Shown: positions 1 through 10,129 of the stretch, one piece after another | Layout: each line of letters begins with the position of its first letter | How positions within the stretch are numbered: position 1 is the first letter of the stretch | Assembly (NCBI GenBank): GCA_031425235.1 | Contig: JANPIZ010000006.1 | Span: 30,803-94,802, forward strand | From: Candidatus Nomurabacteria bacterium | Lineage (GTDB): Bacteria > Patescibacteriota > Minisyncoccia > Phycocordibacterales > UBA9973 | Length of the DNA: 64,000 nt | Reading direction: 5' to 3' | The notes under the pieces: model-generated | The model's database searches: none | Told to the model about the DNA's origin: nothing | What the model saw: the letters and a program-made list of their open reading frames with translations, nothing else | Program-made: the position numbers and the translations under genes

Positions 1-213
1 TTTGAAGACGGCGAAATACGGGGACATTATGAATATACTCCCGAAGCACATCCGATAGCTCATTTTGATGAAAAAGGTGAAACATTTCGAAAGGATGATT
101 TCTTGAAATTTTTAGGCGAATTTGTGACTGATCAAAAAAACCCTATGCATTTAACAATCGACCCAGATGCCTATAATCCAGATTCTGAAATTTCTTTTGA
201 GGGTACGAAGTAA
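1..213 (+). CDS. 3' end of a hypothetical protein (partial)
   Basis: Frame 1 is open from base 1 (FEDGEIRGHYEYTPEAHP...) to TAA at 211-213. Confidence 0.6.
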   Translation, partial: FEDGEIRGHYEYTPEAHPIAHFDEKGETFRKDDFLKFLGEFVTDQKNPMHLTIDPDAYNPDSEISFEGTK

Positions 214-257
214 ACTCTTTCTTGGCATACTTTCTAAAAAGCACACCTGCAACAAGT

Positions 258-1457
258 TTACTTTATTTTAGATTCTGGCAAAACAAGGTCCCATAGTTTT
301 CCAGCTACATTTACTGGTTTACCAAAAAGGGGATAGTGATGAAGATCAATAAATGGTAAACTATTGCATTCGATAATGCCACAGTGTTGCTCCTCCTTCC
401 AGGATTTCGTAATATCTTCCATTATAAAATCAACTCCGATAAGGGGATCATTCAAAAACTTTCCGACATGCTCAAGCATGGCTTTATTTTCTGGGTGGGC
501 AATCTCAGTTACTTCGGTGGTTGTGCCGCCACAGCCACGGCTTGTCTTTTGTGAAAAGGTTACTATTCTTCCTTTTTCCGGTATATCGGCAAGCGTTATG
601 TTTTGCCGTTTTAGTTCTTCTTCAGCTTCTTTATCTATTTTTATTTTATGAAATATTGGACCACCGCGCTCTGGTCTTTTATTTTCTGCATCTAAAAGCT
701 CTTGCACTGTATGTATGGTGTCCCCGAGTACTTCTGGTTGGTCACGCTTGACCACTCCTACTAGTTTCCCGTCTATGAGCGTGCCTCGAAAAAGAAATCC
801 ACGAAGTTCTTCCTCAATGATTACAAGAGGTGAAAGCTTTTTAGCTTTCTTGAATCCAATTTTCAGTTCATCTACTGTATTCATGTGGATCATAGTGTGG
901 CGACTGCGGGAACCCAAGTTTGGCTTGGTTATAACAGGTTTTGTGATTCGATTAAATATGTTGAGCGCTCCGCGCCACGTAAAAGCTATCCCTCCATCAG
1001 CAACAGGCAAGCCTTCTTTCTTGAATTTTGTTTTCATAATACCCTTGTTGTCCATCCATTTGAGAGCGGGAGATGTTTGTGTGGTTGGTCGCGGTAGTCC
1101 ATCGAACAGGATTACTTTCTTCTTTTTACCTTCTCCGTATTCTGCGACAAAGCTGTTGTCGACAAAACCTAAATGAAATTCTCGCATTCGTATTCCACGC
1201 CTCTTGGCTTCTTCCCAAAAACATCGGGTACGATAGCTGTCTTTTGCTTCTGGCTCATAGGAAAAACGGCCTAGTTTCAAGAACACCATGAGATTGAAAA
1301 AAGGCAAGGAAAGGTAATCAGCTATCCTGTCAGCACTATTTTTAAAAATCATTTCCATGAAATTAAAAAAAGGCTCATCGATCCAACCCATAACAACCGA
1401 AGTATAGGCAACAAAATGGCTTTCCTGAGCCGGCTCACAATCTTTACAATGTTTCAT
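258..1457 (-). CDS. ATP-grasp ligase, cyanophycin synthetase/GshF-like ATP-grasp domain
   Basis: 399 aa; DNKGIMK..PV, VITKP..GS.S, IIEE, GVDF...IIECNSLP ATP-grasp motifs; TGnTATACT 7 nt before the ATG. Confidence 0.75.
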   Translation of the reverse strand: MKHCKDCEPAQESHFVAYTSVVMGWIDEPFFNFMEMIFKNSADRIADYLSLPFFNLMVFLKLGRFSYEPEAKDSYRTRCFWEEAKRRGIRMREFHLGFVDNSFVAEYGEGKKKKVILFDGLPRPTTQTSPALKWMDNKGIMKTKFKKEGLPVADGGIAFTWRGALNIFNRITKPVITKPNLGSRSRHTMIHMNTVDELKIGFKKAKKLSPLVIIEEELRGFLFRGTLIDGKLVGVVKRDQPEVLGDTIHTVQELLDAENKRPERGGPIFHKIKIDKEAEEELKRQNITLADIPEKGRIVTFSQKTSRGCGGTTTEVTEIAHPENKAMLEHVGKFLNDPLIGVDFIMEDITKSWKEEQHCGIIECNSLPFIDLHHYPLFGKPVNVAGKLWDLVLPESKIK

Positions 1458-1508
1458 GGCATTCAGTATACCAGTTTTGTTTTTGGATTAAAATGGTAGT
1501 ATTAAGCA

Positions 1509-2543
1509 ATGGAGAAATTTTCAGTAAAAAATAAGCTCGAAGAAAATGAGTCTAAAAGTGGATTGAATGAACTTTTCGCAGCATTAGGTTGTGCTGATTT
1601 AGAATCTTTTTATAAAAAATACCAACCATCAATTTTAAAAAAGTTTACTAATCTTGCCATAAACGCAGGGCTGCATAACCCTCAAGTTATCGCTGAGGAT
1701 TTAACAAGTGATTTTTTCGTAAAAAAGCTAACAATAGAAAAAGTTAAATTCGATAAAGAAAAAATGGTAGACGAACATGGAGCTGAAGCATTTGTACATA
1801 GAATAGCACGGAATTATTTTATTGATTACATTAGAAAATATAATATAACTGAAAAAAAAGGGTTTTCAACAGAAGAAGAAGGTGTTCCCGAACCCAGATC
1901 TTGCAAATTAAATCCCTTAGAGGAGTTAGAGCTAAAGCAAGATAAACAAATTTTAACTCAATCATTCAATATACTCCCAAATAAGATGAGAGCAATCTTA
2001 AAGGCTCGTTTCATAGAAGATCTAGATTATGTAGAAATCGCCGAAAAGCTGGGGATACCCTTAGGGACAGTAAAAAATAATATTAATCGGGGTAAACTTC
2101 TGCTTAGAAAAAGAATAAAGAATCCAGCACTAATTAAAAAAATAATTTTAACGAAAGAAAATCCCATATCTCAACCTAAAGATATTAAAAAAACACTCTC
2201 TAATAAGTTAACTTCTAAAAATACTATTATAAAAAATAATTTTCAACAAGATTCGATTTCACTAAAAGTTAATAAAGAAAATATAGAAAAAGAGGAAGAA
2301 ACACACCTATCACCAGCTTCAATGCTAAGTATTAACCCAGAAGAGTTTAAGAGAATTAGAAATAATTTATCAGAACAGCAAAACCTAGCACTCCAACTGA
2401 TTTACGAAAAAAAGATTTACAATGATATAGAAAAACTTGCAGAAATATTAGATTGTGAGCCTGAAGAGGTTGGACACATAGCTAAATTAGCGAGAGAAAA
2501 TTTTGAAAGAATTCAGAAAAATGAATCTTTATTGAAATCTTAA
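1509..2543 (+). CDS. ECF-type sigma-70 factor with a long C-terminal extension
   Basis: sigma2-like (AEDLTSDFF, FVHRIARNYFIDYIRK) and sigma4-like (LDYVEIAEKLGIPLGTVKNNINRG) motifs, then a second HTH-like C-terminal segment. Confidence 0.7.
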   Translation: MEKFSVKNKLEENESKSGLNELFAALGCADLESFYKKYQPSILKKFTNLAINAGLHNPQVIAEDLTSDFFVKKLTIEKVKFDKEKMVDEHGAEAFVHRIARNYFIDYIRKYNITEKKGFSTEEEGVPEPRSCKLNPLEELELKQDKQILTQSFNILPNKMRAILKARFIEDLDYVEIAEKLGIPLGTVKNNINRGKLLLRKRIKNPALIKKIILTKENPISQPKDIKKTLSNKLTSKNTIIKNNFQQDSISLKVNKENIEKEEETHLSPASMLSINPEEFKRIRNNLSEQQNLALQLIYEKKIYNDIEKLAEILDCEPEEVGHIAKLARENFERIQKNESLLKS

Positions 2544-3208
2544 TGAGCAACCGTAAAAGCAATGACTTTTCTTGCCCCCGCAGCCTTGAGGACTTTTTTC
2601 GCTTCAGATAGCGTGGCACCAGTGGTGAGGATGTCGTCTATTAGTATTATATTTCTTTTGTATACTATGTTTTCTTTACTAGCTTGTATTCCGAACGATC
2701 CGACAATGTTTTGCAAACGTTCTCGGCGGTTTCGAATACGTGCTTGATGTTCCACATCTTTTATTTTTATTAAGACATCATTTGCGAGAGTAAAATTTAT
2801 ATTATTATCAATCTTTACCAATTCTTCCGCTATTAACTCAGCTTGGTTGTATCCTCGCTCGCGGTACCTCTTTTTTGAAAGAGGAATAGGTATAAGGAGT
2901 GGCTCACGAAAATTTTCCATAATACTTAATTCCGAGAGTTCTTCTATAATTTTGCCATAGAGCACCTGAGCAAATGTGTGGCCGAGTTGTTTCTTGTTTT
3001 TATATTTTAAAAGCCACAAGGCTTTTTTGACGGGAGGATGTCGGTAGTCGAACAGAGGTGATACCCATGGCAGACCCTCGCGTTCGGCGGCCGGCGAATC
3101 AGCCAAACATGGAATACATAGGTAGGAACCTCGCTCCTTACAACCCATACAATAGATAGGAAAAAGAGTATCAAGCGCTCCAGATAGTATAGTGTTTAAA
3201 AAAGTCAT
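2540..3208 (-). CDS. comF: ComF family competence protein (Zn ribbon + phosphoribosyltransferase)
   Basis: CxxC..CxxC, RGYNQ, LIDDILTTGAT motifs. Confidence 0.9.
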   Translation of the reverse strand: MTFLNTILSGALDTLFPIYCMGCKERGSYLCIPCLADSPAAEREGLPWVSPLFDYRHPPVKKALWLLKYKNKKQLGHTFAQVLYGKIIEELSELSIMENFREPLLIPIPLSKKRYRERGYNQAELIAEELVKIDNNINFTLANDVLIKIKDVEHQARIRNRRERLQNIVGSFGIQASKENIVYKRNIILIDDILTTGATLSEAKKVLKAAGARKVIAFTVAH

Positions 3209-3280
3209 ATATGTTATACTTTAATAGCATTTTAGCATAAATTTTACTTGAAAAATGGAATGATACATGCTAAGTAATAT

Positions 3281-4411
3281 ATGGATAATCCTTTTAAAAA
3301 AATTTTTGGCGATATAAGTAATCTCATAGACAATACCTCAAAAGATAGCGCTATCGGTGTCGATATTGGTTCTTCGGCCATCAAAATAGTTGAAATAAAA
3401 CGAAAAGGTAGTAAGGCTGTACTCGAAACATATGGGGCAATAGCACTCGGCCCTTATGACGGTCAAGATGCGGGTCGGGTCACAAATCTTCCCATTGAAA
3501 AAATTTCCGAAGCCCTAAGTGAAGTTTTAAAGCAATCAGGAGTTACTACTTCCGAAGGTGCTTTTTCTATTCCCGTTCAGTCCAGCTTGATCTTTACGAT
3601 TAGCCTACCTTCACAAATAAAAAAAAATGATATGGATAATATTGTTTCTACTGAAGCTCGCAAATATATTCCAGTGCCAATCGGAGAAGTATCAATAGAT
3701 TATTTTATTTTGCCAAAGAAAGAGCCTTCTTTTGAACAAATGAATAACCCTGATTTTGCAGCTGTGTCAAATGAGAAGATAAACGTCTTGGTAGTGGCCA
3801 CGCAAAATGACGCAGTTTCTAAATACCGCTCTATTGTTTCTGGGTCCAGCCTTAAATCGTCTTTTTTTGAAATTGAAATATTTTCTTCAATTCGTTCAAA
3901 TTTTGAACATGAGCTTTCACCCGTGCTCCTCATGGACTTTGGTGCATCACGGACTAAACTTTCAATAGTGGAATTTGGTATGGTAAAAAGTTACCACACT
4001 ATCGAGCGCGGCGGAGCTGACATCAGTGATTCAATTTCAAAAGGCTTGAGTATTCCGTTCGCGGAAGCAGAGAAAATGAAAAAAGAATTTGGACTTTTTG
4101 GCAATCCTACCGAGCAAAATCTATCTGACATTATAAAAATTCATATGGACTATATTTTTTCTGAAGCGAATAATGTTTTGTTAAGCTACGAAAAGAATTA
4201 TGATCGGATTATTAGTAAGGTAATATTTACGGGAGGCGGAGCCCTCATGAAAGGACTTCCGGAAGTGGCTGCGAGTAATTTTAAGGCTGACATAGAGATA
4301 GGACATCCTTTTTCAAAAATAAACGCGCCGGCTTTTTTAGAAAAAGTTTTACTCATCATGGGCCCCGAATTTGCTGTGGCTCTCGGCCTTGCCTTGCGCA
4401 AGTTGCAATAG
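3281..4411 (+). CDS. pilM: Type IV pilus assembly protein PilM
   Basis: IGVDIGSSAIKIVE, MDFGAS, TGGG, FAVALGLALR actin-like motifs. Confidence 0.9.
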   Translation: MDNPFKKIFGDISNLIDNTSKDSAIGVDIGSSAIKIVEIKRKGSKAVLETYGAIALGPYDGQDAGRVTNLPIEKISEALSEVLKQSGVTTSEGAFSIPVQSSLIFTISLPSQIKKNDMDNIVSTEARKYIPVPIGEVSIDYFILPKKEPSFEQMNNPDFAAVSNEKINVLVVATQNDAVSKYRSIVSGSSLKSSFFEIEIFSSIRSNFEHELSPVLLMDFGASRTKLSIVEFGMVKSYHTIERGGADISDSISKGLSIPFAEAEKMKKEFGLFGNPTEQNLSDIIKIHMDYIFSEANNVLLSYEKNYDRIISKVIFTGGGALMKGLPEVAASNFKADIEIGHPFSKINAPAFLEKVLLIMGPEFAVALGLALRKLQ

Positions 4412-4427
4412 GTGAGGTAATAAAAAG

Positions 4428-4934
4428 ATGAACCAAGAAGCATTTCAACAAAATCAGCAGGAAGAACGAGAGATCCAAGAAAAAGTTGAATCTATTATAA
4501 GTAATAATTTCACTTTCAATAAATTTTACACTCCAAAAGAAATTAAAGAACTGTTTGGTTATGAGGTTACAAAATTAGTAAAATATTTAAATAATATGGG
4601 CGTCGCAGCGAAGGAAGTACCAAATGGTACTATAATACTAACTGACACAGAGGCAAAGTTTGAAAAAAAATCTGAACACATAACAAGTTTTTCTAAAGAA
4701 GAAGAATGGCATACAGTCAACTATTTAAATAGTCTATATCACAACGAACCATTTGAGGCTGAAAATTTATTTCCACTCATAAAGAAAAATGAATCTTTTA
4801 AAACTCAAACGCTTAAAGATCTCAATGCCCTTCTGGAATCCTTGAGAAAAGACGGGATGTTAGAAATTTATGGTGATAGTTATAAGGTTTTTCCTAGGTG
4901 GGATATCATTTTTAATGATAAATGGGGGAAATAA
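4428..4934 (+). CDS. Hypothetical protein lying between pilM and pilN
   Basis: 168 aa ORF, no recognisable family. Confidence 0.6.
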   Translation: MNQEAFQQNQQEEREIQEKVESIISNNFTFNKFYTPKEIKELFGYEVTKLVKYLNNMGVAAKEVPNGTIILTDTEAKFEKKSEHITSFSKEEEWHTVNYLNSLYHNEPFEAENLFPLIKKNESFKTQTLKDLNALLESLRKDGMLEIYGDSYKVFPRWDIIFNDKWGK

Positions 4935-4963
4935 ATAAGAAAAGTATTGAAAACCCGGTAAAG

Positions 4964-4972
4964 TTATACACA
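4964..4972 (+). promoter_or_regulatory. DnaA-box-like 9-mer TTATACACA upstream of the pilN-like promoter
   Basis: Matches TTATNCACA; TATAAT follows at ~5002. Confidence 0.5.
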
Positions 4973-5016
4973 ATTTGCTTCATTTAAATTTTCTTTTGTA
5001 ATATAATATAAGAAGC

Positions 5017-5652
5017 ATGGAGCAAAATTTTCAAACATCCTTTATACCAAAGAAACCAATGGTGAAAGAGTACTCAGCAGGTCCACGACCTATAGGTTTG
5101 TTGACCATTGTTTCGCTTTTTATTTTGTTCACGGTTCTCTTAACTTCCGGTGGTCTTTATTTTTATAAAGGCATAATGACAAAAAAAATTGCAACTATGA
5201 AAAGCGATCTTGAACGAGCCCAAAATCGCTTTGAGCCGGCAAAAATAAAAGAACTTCAAATTTTAGATAAACGCCTTACCTCAGCCAACCAAATTTTATC
5301 TAAGCATATAGCTATAAGTCCTATTTTTGAGGCACTCCAAGAAGTCACCATGAAAAGTGTTCGCTACACTAAGTTCGGTTACGACTTCGGTGAGGGTAGG
5401 GATGCCAAAATAAATATTAAAATGTCCGGAGTTACCTTGGGCTATAGTTTCCTCGCATTGCAGTCTGACCTCTTTGCGACAAACAAGAATTTTATTGATC
5501 CCGTATTTTCAAATCTGGCATTGACTGAAAATGGTAATGTTACATTTGATTTAAATTTTTCAGTTGATCCAGCATTTGTCGATTATAAAGTTATGCTCTT
5601 AACAAACGAACAAGAGAATAACGCAGAAAACATAGAACCAATCACACAATAA
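5017..5652 (+). CDS. PilN-like pilus alignment protein
   Basis: N-terminal SFIP motif, TM helix, coiled coil; position in the pilM-N-O cluster. Confidence 0.7.
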   Translation: MEQNFQTSFIPKKPMVKEYSAGPRPIGLLTIVSLFILFTVLLTSGGLYFYKGIMTKKIATMKSDLERAQNRFEPAKIKELQILDKRLTSANQILSKHIAISPIFEALQEVTMKSVRYTKFGYDFGEGRDAKINIKMSGVTLGYSFLALQSDLFATNKNFIDPVFSNLALTENGNVTFDLNFSVDPAFVDYKVMLLTNEQENNAENIEPITQ

Positions 5653-5653
5653 T

Positions 5654-6238
5654 ATGACCAGATTTATAATGCCGATTATTTTCATAGCAATTGCAGTCAC
5701 TGGTTTTTTGATGTTCACGAAGCCTATATATGAAGACATAACGGTCCTTCGAGCTGACGCAAGTAGTTACGACGAAGCCCTTAGTAATTCTAAAGCGCTT
5801 GAAAATGAGCGAGATAAACTGACTTCAAAATATAACGCGATCAGTAAAGAAGATTTAGACAAACTGCAAAAGCTTTTACCAGACAATATCGACAACATTC
5901 GTTTGATTTTAGAAATAGGTAAGATAGCATCTCCCTATGCCATGGTACTGAGAGATGTAAAATACAATGCAACAGAATCACAATCAAGCGCTGGAATGGT
6001 GGCGCAAGCGGGAGGAGCGCAAACGCCAACGCAAAAGGACTATAAAATTTTAGATATGGAATTTTCTGTCACGGGTACGTACAGTAATTTTATTAATTTT
6101 ACCAAAGATCTCGAAAGCAACTTACGAATCGTAGACATATCCTCAGTTGTCTTTTCCTCAGATGGAGATGCAAAAAGTAACCCATCTGGAGCATACAAGT
6201 ATAATTTTAAAATTAAAACATACTGGTTAAAAAGTTAA
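5654..6238 (+). CDS. pilO: PilO-like pilus alignment protein
   Basis: TM + coiled coil, KLLPD, GTYSNF.NF..DLESNLRIVDI. Confidence 0.8.
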   Translation: MTRFIMPIIFIAIAVTGFLMFTKPIYEDITVLRADASSYDEALSNSKALENERDKLTSKYNAISKEDLDKLQKLLPDNIDNIRLILEIGKIASPYAMVLRDVKYNATESQSSAGMVAQAGGAQTPTQKDYKILDMEFSVTGTYSNFINFTKDLESNLRIVDISSVVFSSDGDAKSNPSGAYKYNFKIKTYWLKS

Positions 6239-6255
6239 AATCCAATAATAATACA

Positions 6256-6705
6256 ATGCTAAAACCCAAAAACATTATAATATTTGTAGCCATCGGAGCA
6301 GTACTTGTTTTGATCTATATATTTTTTATAAAACCAGCACCGGAAGAAGCTGGGCTCGTTTCAACCTCTACAGACAAAAGCGGAATAACTGGAAGTCCAA
6401 ACACATCAGGTGAAGATTCTCTTGGTGCTAAAAATTTCCTATCAATTTTACTGAATGTAAAGAACATAAAATTAGATGATAGTATTTTTTCTGACATAGC
6501 TTTCAGCACACTGCGTGATTCTAGTATTATTCTTACTCCTGATGGCACCGAGGGGCGACCAAATCCATTTGCGCCGATAGGTATCGACAAAGCTACGCTG
6601 CCTACTAATGTTCCTACGACTTCTTCTGCCGCTTCCTCAAATCAGCAACTGCCTTCAACATCCACCTCCACTCCATCGCTCGGAGCACCAAGTGTTGTAA
6701 ACTAA
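6256..6705 (+). CDS. Membrane-anchored pilus-associated protein (PilP-like position)
   Basis: TM helix, GRPNPFAP motif, Ser/Thr-rich tail. Confidence 0.55.
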   Translation: MLKPKNIIIFVAIGAVLVLIYIFFIKPAPEEAGLVSTSTDKSGITGSPNTSGEDSLGAKNFLSILLNVKNIKLDDSIFSDIAFSTLRDSSIILTPDGTEGRPNPFAPIGIDKATLPTNVPTTSSAASSNQQLPSTSTSTPSLGAPSVVN

Positions 6706-6709
6706 TATT

Positions 6710-8467
6710 ATGAGTTTTCTAGAAGCATTAGCACAAAAGGCCCTCATAAAAGAGAGCCAAATAAGCGAAATTAAAATTCGCGCCAACGAAAAGTATAAAG
6801 GAGATATCTCTAAAGTTTTATTGGAATTAGGAGTCCCAGAGGAAAAAATTCTCCAAGAAAGGGGAAAATATCTTAATATACCTATTGAAAAAGTAAATAT
6901 CAAAGAAATGGTTTTTGATCTTCTGAAATACATTTCCGAAGACTCAGCCCTGCATTATCGTTTTGCCCCAATTGCACTTGTGGACGGAGTGTTGCATGTA
7001 GGCGTGACTGATCCCGAAAATGTGCAAGCTATGGATGCACTTCAGTTTATCTCCACAAAAATCGGCCTGCCCTTTAAAATTTTTTTAATATCAGAAACTG
7101 ACTACCAAGCTGTTCTTGATGTATATAAAGGTATGTCAAACCAAGTCGCCGACGCGCTTGAAGAGCTTGATGAGGGAGAGACATCTAATTTAAATAAAAT
7201 AAGCCAAGAAAATCTAAACAAAGAGATAGATAATATAAAAGGGAGCACCGAAGAAAAAATAGTCGAAGACGCTCCAGTGATAAAAATAGTGGCAGTTATA
7301 TTACGTAATGCGATCGAAGGAGGAGCTTCTGATATCCATATCGAACACACAGGAGAAAAAGTAAAAGTTCGTTTTCGAGTCGATGGTGCTTTGTATACTT
7401 CGATTATATTACCTATCAATGTGTATAGTGGAGTTGTTGCTCGTGTGAAAATTTTAGCCAAGCTCCGACTTGATGAAAAACGAAAACCACAAGACGGAGC
7501 TTTTAGTGCAAACATAGATGAACACAAAATTGATTTTCGTGTCTCTACGATGCCAGCATATTATGGGGAAAAAGTAGTTATTCGTATCCTTGATCCAGGG
7601 AAGGGGGTTAAATCCTTGGATCAGCTCAATTTGTCCGACGCCAATCTGAAGATGATTCGTGAAGCCCTCTCCAAGCCATACGGCATGATACTTATCACGG
7701 GTCCTACGGGTTCCGGTAAATCGACTACTCTGTATTCAATGATGAACGAACTCGATCGTGAAAAAAACAATGTGGTTTCACTTGAAGACCCTGTGGAATA
7801 TCACATGCCTGATGTAAGTCAGTCGCAGGTTATGCCGGAGATCGGGTACACTTTTGCGGTAGGTCTCCGCTCAATAGTGCGTCAAGACCCTGATATTATT
7901 ATGGTTGGAGAAATTCGTGACAAGGAAACAGCTCAGCTTGCTATACAGGCTGCGCTGACGGGGCATCTAGTCTTGTCGACCTTACATACGAATAGTGCCA
8001 TAGGTGCTATTCCTCGATTGGTAGATATGGGAATTGATCCGTACCTTATCGCGCCGACACTTATCATATCAATAGCGCAGAGACTTGCTTTACTGACGTG
8101 TGAAAACTCACGCAAGCGTGTGCCAATGGATCCAAGTATTAAGTTGCAAATGGATGAACTCACAAAAGATTTACCTGATCAATTTAAGAAAGAAATTATC
8201 GAGCTTGAACGTAAAAATGAAATGTATGAAATAGTTCCATCGGAGGATTGTCCTTCGGGTACGCGCGGCCGAGTAGCAGTGTTTGAAATGTTTACTGTTG
8301 ATAAAGAAATGCAAGCAGTTATTCTAAAAAATCCTACTAATGAAGCTATTTATGAAGTTGCCCGCAAAAAAGGGATGCTGACAATGAGAGAAGACGCCAT
8401 GCTTAAATCTCTCCAGGGGCTCATACCATTCAAAGAAGTATATAATTTTAGCAATGAGAGTGAATAA
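6710..8467 (+). CDS. pilB: Type IV pilus extension ATPase PilB/GspE
   Basis: ASDIHIE, GPTGSGKSTT, EDPVEY, RQDPDIIMVGEIRD, TGHLVLSTLHTN. Confidence 0.93.
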   Translation: MSFLEALAQKALIKESQISEIKIRANEKYKGDISKVLLELGVPEEKILQERGKYLNIPIEKVNIKEMVFDLLKYISEDSALHYRFAPIALVDGVLHVGVTDPENVQAMDALQFISTKIGLPFKIFLISETDYQAVLDVYKGMSNQVADALEELDEGETSNLNKISQENLNKEIDNIKGSTEEKIVEDAPVIKIVAVILRNAIEGGASDIHIEHTGEKVKVRFRVDGALYTSIILPINVYSGVVARVKILAKLRLDEKRKPQDGAFSANIDEHKIDFRVSTMPAYYGEKVVIRILDPGKGVKSLDQLNLSDANLKMIREALSKPYGMILITGPTGSGKSTTLYSMMNELDREKNNVVSLEDPVEYHMPDVSQSQVMPEIGYTFAVGLRSIVRQDPDIIMVGEIRDKETAQLAIQAALTGHLVLSTLHTNSAIGAIPRLVDMGIDPYLIAPTLIISIAQRLALLTCENSRKRVPMDPSIKLQMDELTKDLPDQFKKEIIELERKNEMYEIVPSEDCPSGTRGRVAVFEMFTVDKEMQAVILKNPTNEAIYEVARKKGMLTMREDAMLKSLQGLIPFKEVYNFSNESE

Positions 8468-8509
8468 TATTTTATATTAACCACTTGCACGGCTGGCATG
8501 TGTTTAAAG

Positions 8510-8518
8510 TTATCCACA
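8510..8518 (+). promoter_or_regulatory. DnaA box TTATCCACA upstream of the response regulator
   Basis: Perfect consensus in the intergenic region. Confidence 0.55.
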
Positions 8519-8571
8519 CTCCCTCCTTTTAATACTGATTTTAATGGTTCATTATATAGTGTACTACCAAT

Positions 8572-8970
8572 ATGGAAGGAGAAAAGAAAAAAATCTTAAT
8601 AGTTGATGATGACAATTTTCTTTTAGATATGTATGCTCTCAAATTCAGCCAGAGCAGTTTTGAGGTTTATACTGCTCCGGGTGGCAAAGACGCCATTGAA
8701 AAACTTCAAGGAGGACTCGCGCCTGATGTTATTCTTATGGATATTATCATGCCAGAAATGGACGGTTTTGAAATGCTCGAAAAGATAAATAATGACAAAT
8801 TATCACCTCACTCAATAAAAATAATATTATCTAACAAAAGTGAACAACAAGACGTAGATCGAGGTAACTCTCTTGGGGTATCGGGATATATAGTTAAGGC
8901 AAACTCTACACCTCGTGAAGTTATCGAGCAAGTTGAGCATATTTTAGCGAGCAAAGTTGTAACTACCTAA
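8572..8970 (+). CDS. Single-domain response regulator (CheY-like receiver)
   Basis: ILIVDDD, MDIIMPEMDG, YIVK. Confidence 0.92.
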   Translation: MEGEKKKILIVDDDNFLLDMYALKFSQSSFEVYTAPGGKDAIEKLQGGLAPDVILMDIIMPEMDGFEMLEKINNDKLSPHSIKIILSNKSEQQDVDRGNSLGVSGYIVKANSTPREVIEQVEHILASKVVTT

Positions 8971-9050
8971 ACTGTACTTTTTTTGTAGCGTAAACATTCT
9001 AAACGAGTTATAATAACTTAGTATTAATAATTTAAATAACTTCTAATAGG

Positions 9051-10109
9051 ATGGATTATAAAAAAGTATTTGAAGATCTTGTGTTAACCATCATTAGGGA
9101 GGGTGGTTCTGATTTACACATAGGAACGAATCGCGTTCCTATCATTCGCGTGTCGGGTGAACTTATTTCTCTCGTCAAGCATCCCGTATTGACAGCCGAA
9201 GATATGTTTGGAATTTTGAATGTTATTTTAGATAAAAAAAGAGTTGATGCATTTGTAGCCGACCAAGAGCTTGATTTTTCGTATGATTTTCGCGGGGAAG
9301 CCCGCCTTCGAGGTAATGGATTTTTTCAGAAGGGTCTCATCAATGTTGTGTTTCGTCTTGTGCCAAAAGTAAAAACCCTCAAAGAATTACACCTTCCTCC
9401 AATACTAGAAGAAATTACTCGTAAGAAACAAGGATTTTTTCTCGTGGTAGGTCCAGTTGGACAAGGCAAGTCGACGACATTGTCGGCCATGGTGAATCTT
9501 ATCAACAATGAACAAGCTCGCCACATAGTAACTATTGAAGATCCTATTGAATATATTTATACACAAAATAAATCTATCATCAATCAGCGAGAAGTCGGCA
9601 TTGATACAAAAGATCCTCACGAGGCATTAAAGTCCGTTTTCCGTGAAGACGTCAATGTCATATTGATAGGAGAAATGCGTACACCAGAAACAATAGCAAC
9701 TGCTGTAACAGCCGCAGAGACAGGACATCTCGTGTTTTCAACATTGCATACTAATAATGCAGCACAGACTATCGACAGAATTATCGACTCATTCCCAGGC
9801 ACACAACAAGATCAGATACGTACTCAACTCTCCTCATCGTTGCTTGGCATTTTTTCCCAGAGACTTATTCCTCGAGTTACGGGGGGCTTGGTACCAGCAT
9901 ATGAATTACTTTTAAACAATAATGCAGTATCAAACTTGATTCGTGAAAAGCGCACACACGAAATAGATGTAGTGATTGAAACAGGAATGGAATCTGGTAT
10001 GGTCGACCTCAACCATTCATTAGTTGAGCTTGTCCGTGCCGGAGAAATATCAATAGAAAATGCTCGTGAGTATTCACTTAACCCTAAAGGGCTAGATCGT
10101 ATGGCGTAA
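9051..10109 (+). CDS. pilT: Type IV pilus retraction ATPase PilT
   Basis: SDLHI, GPVGQGKSTT, EDPIEY, AAETGHLVFSTLHTN, NLIRE. Confidence 0.92.
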   Translation: MDYKKVFEDLVLTIIREGGSDLHIGTNRVPIIRVSGELISLVKHPVLTAEDMFGILNVILDKKRVDAFVADQELDFSYDFRGEARLRGNGFFQKGLINVVFRLVPKVKTLKELHLPPILEEITRKKQGFFLVVGPVGQGKSTTLSAMVNLINNEQARHIVTIEDPIEYIYTQNKSIINQREVGIDTKDPHEALKSVFREDVNVILIGEMRTPETIATAVTAAETGHLVFSTLHTNNAAQTIDRIIDSFPGTQQDQIRTQLSSSLLGIFSQRLIPRVTGGLVPAYELLLNNNAVSNLIREKRTHEIDVVIETGMESGMVDLNHSLVELVRAGEISIENAREYSLNPKGLDRMA

Positions 10110-10129
10110 TTAATTTAAAATAATAATGT

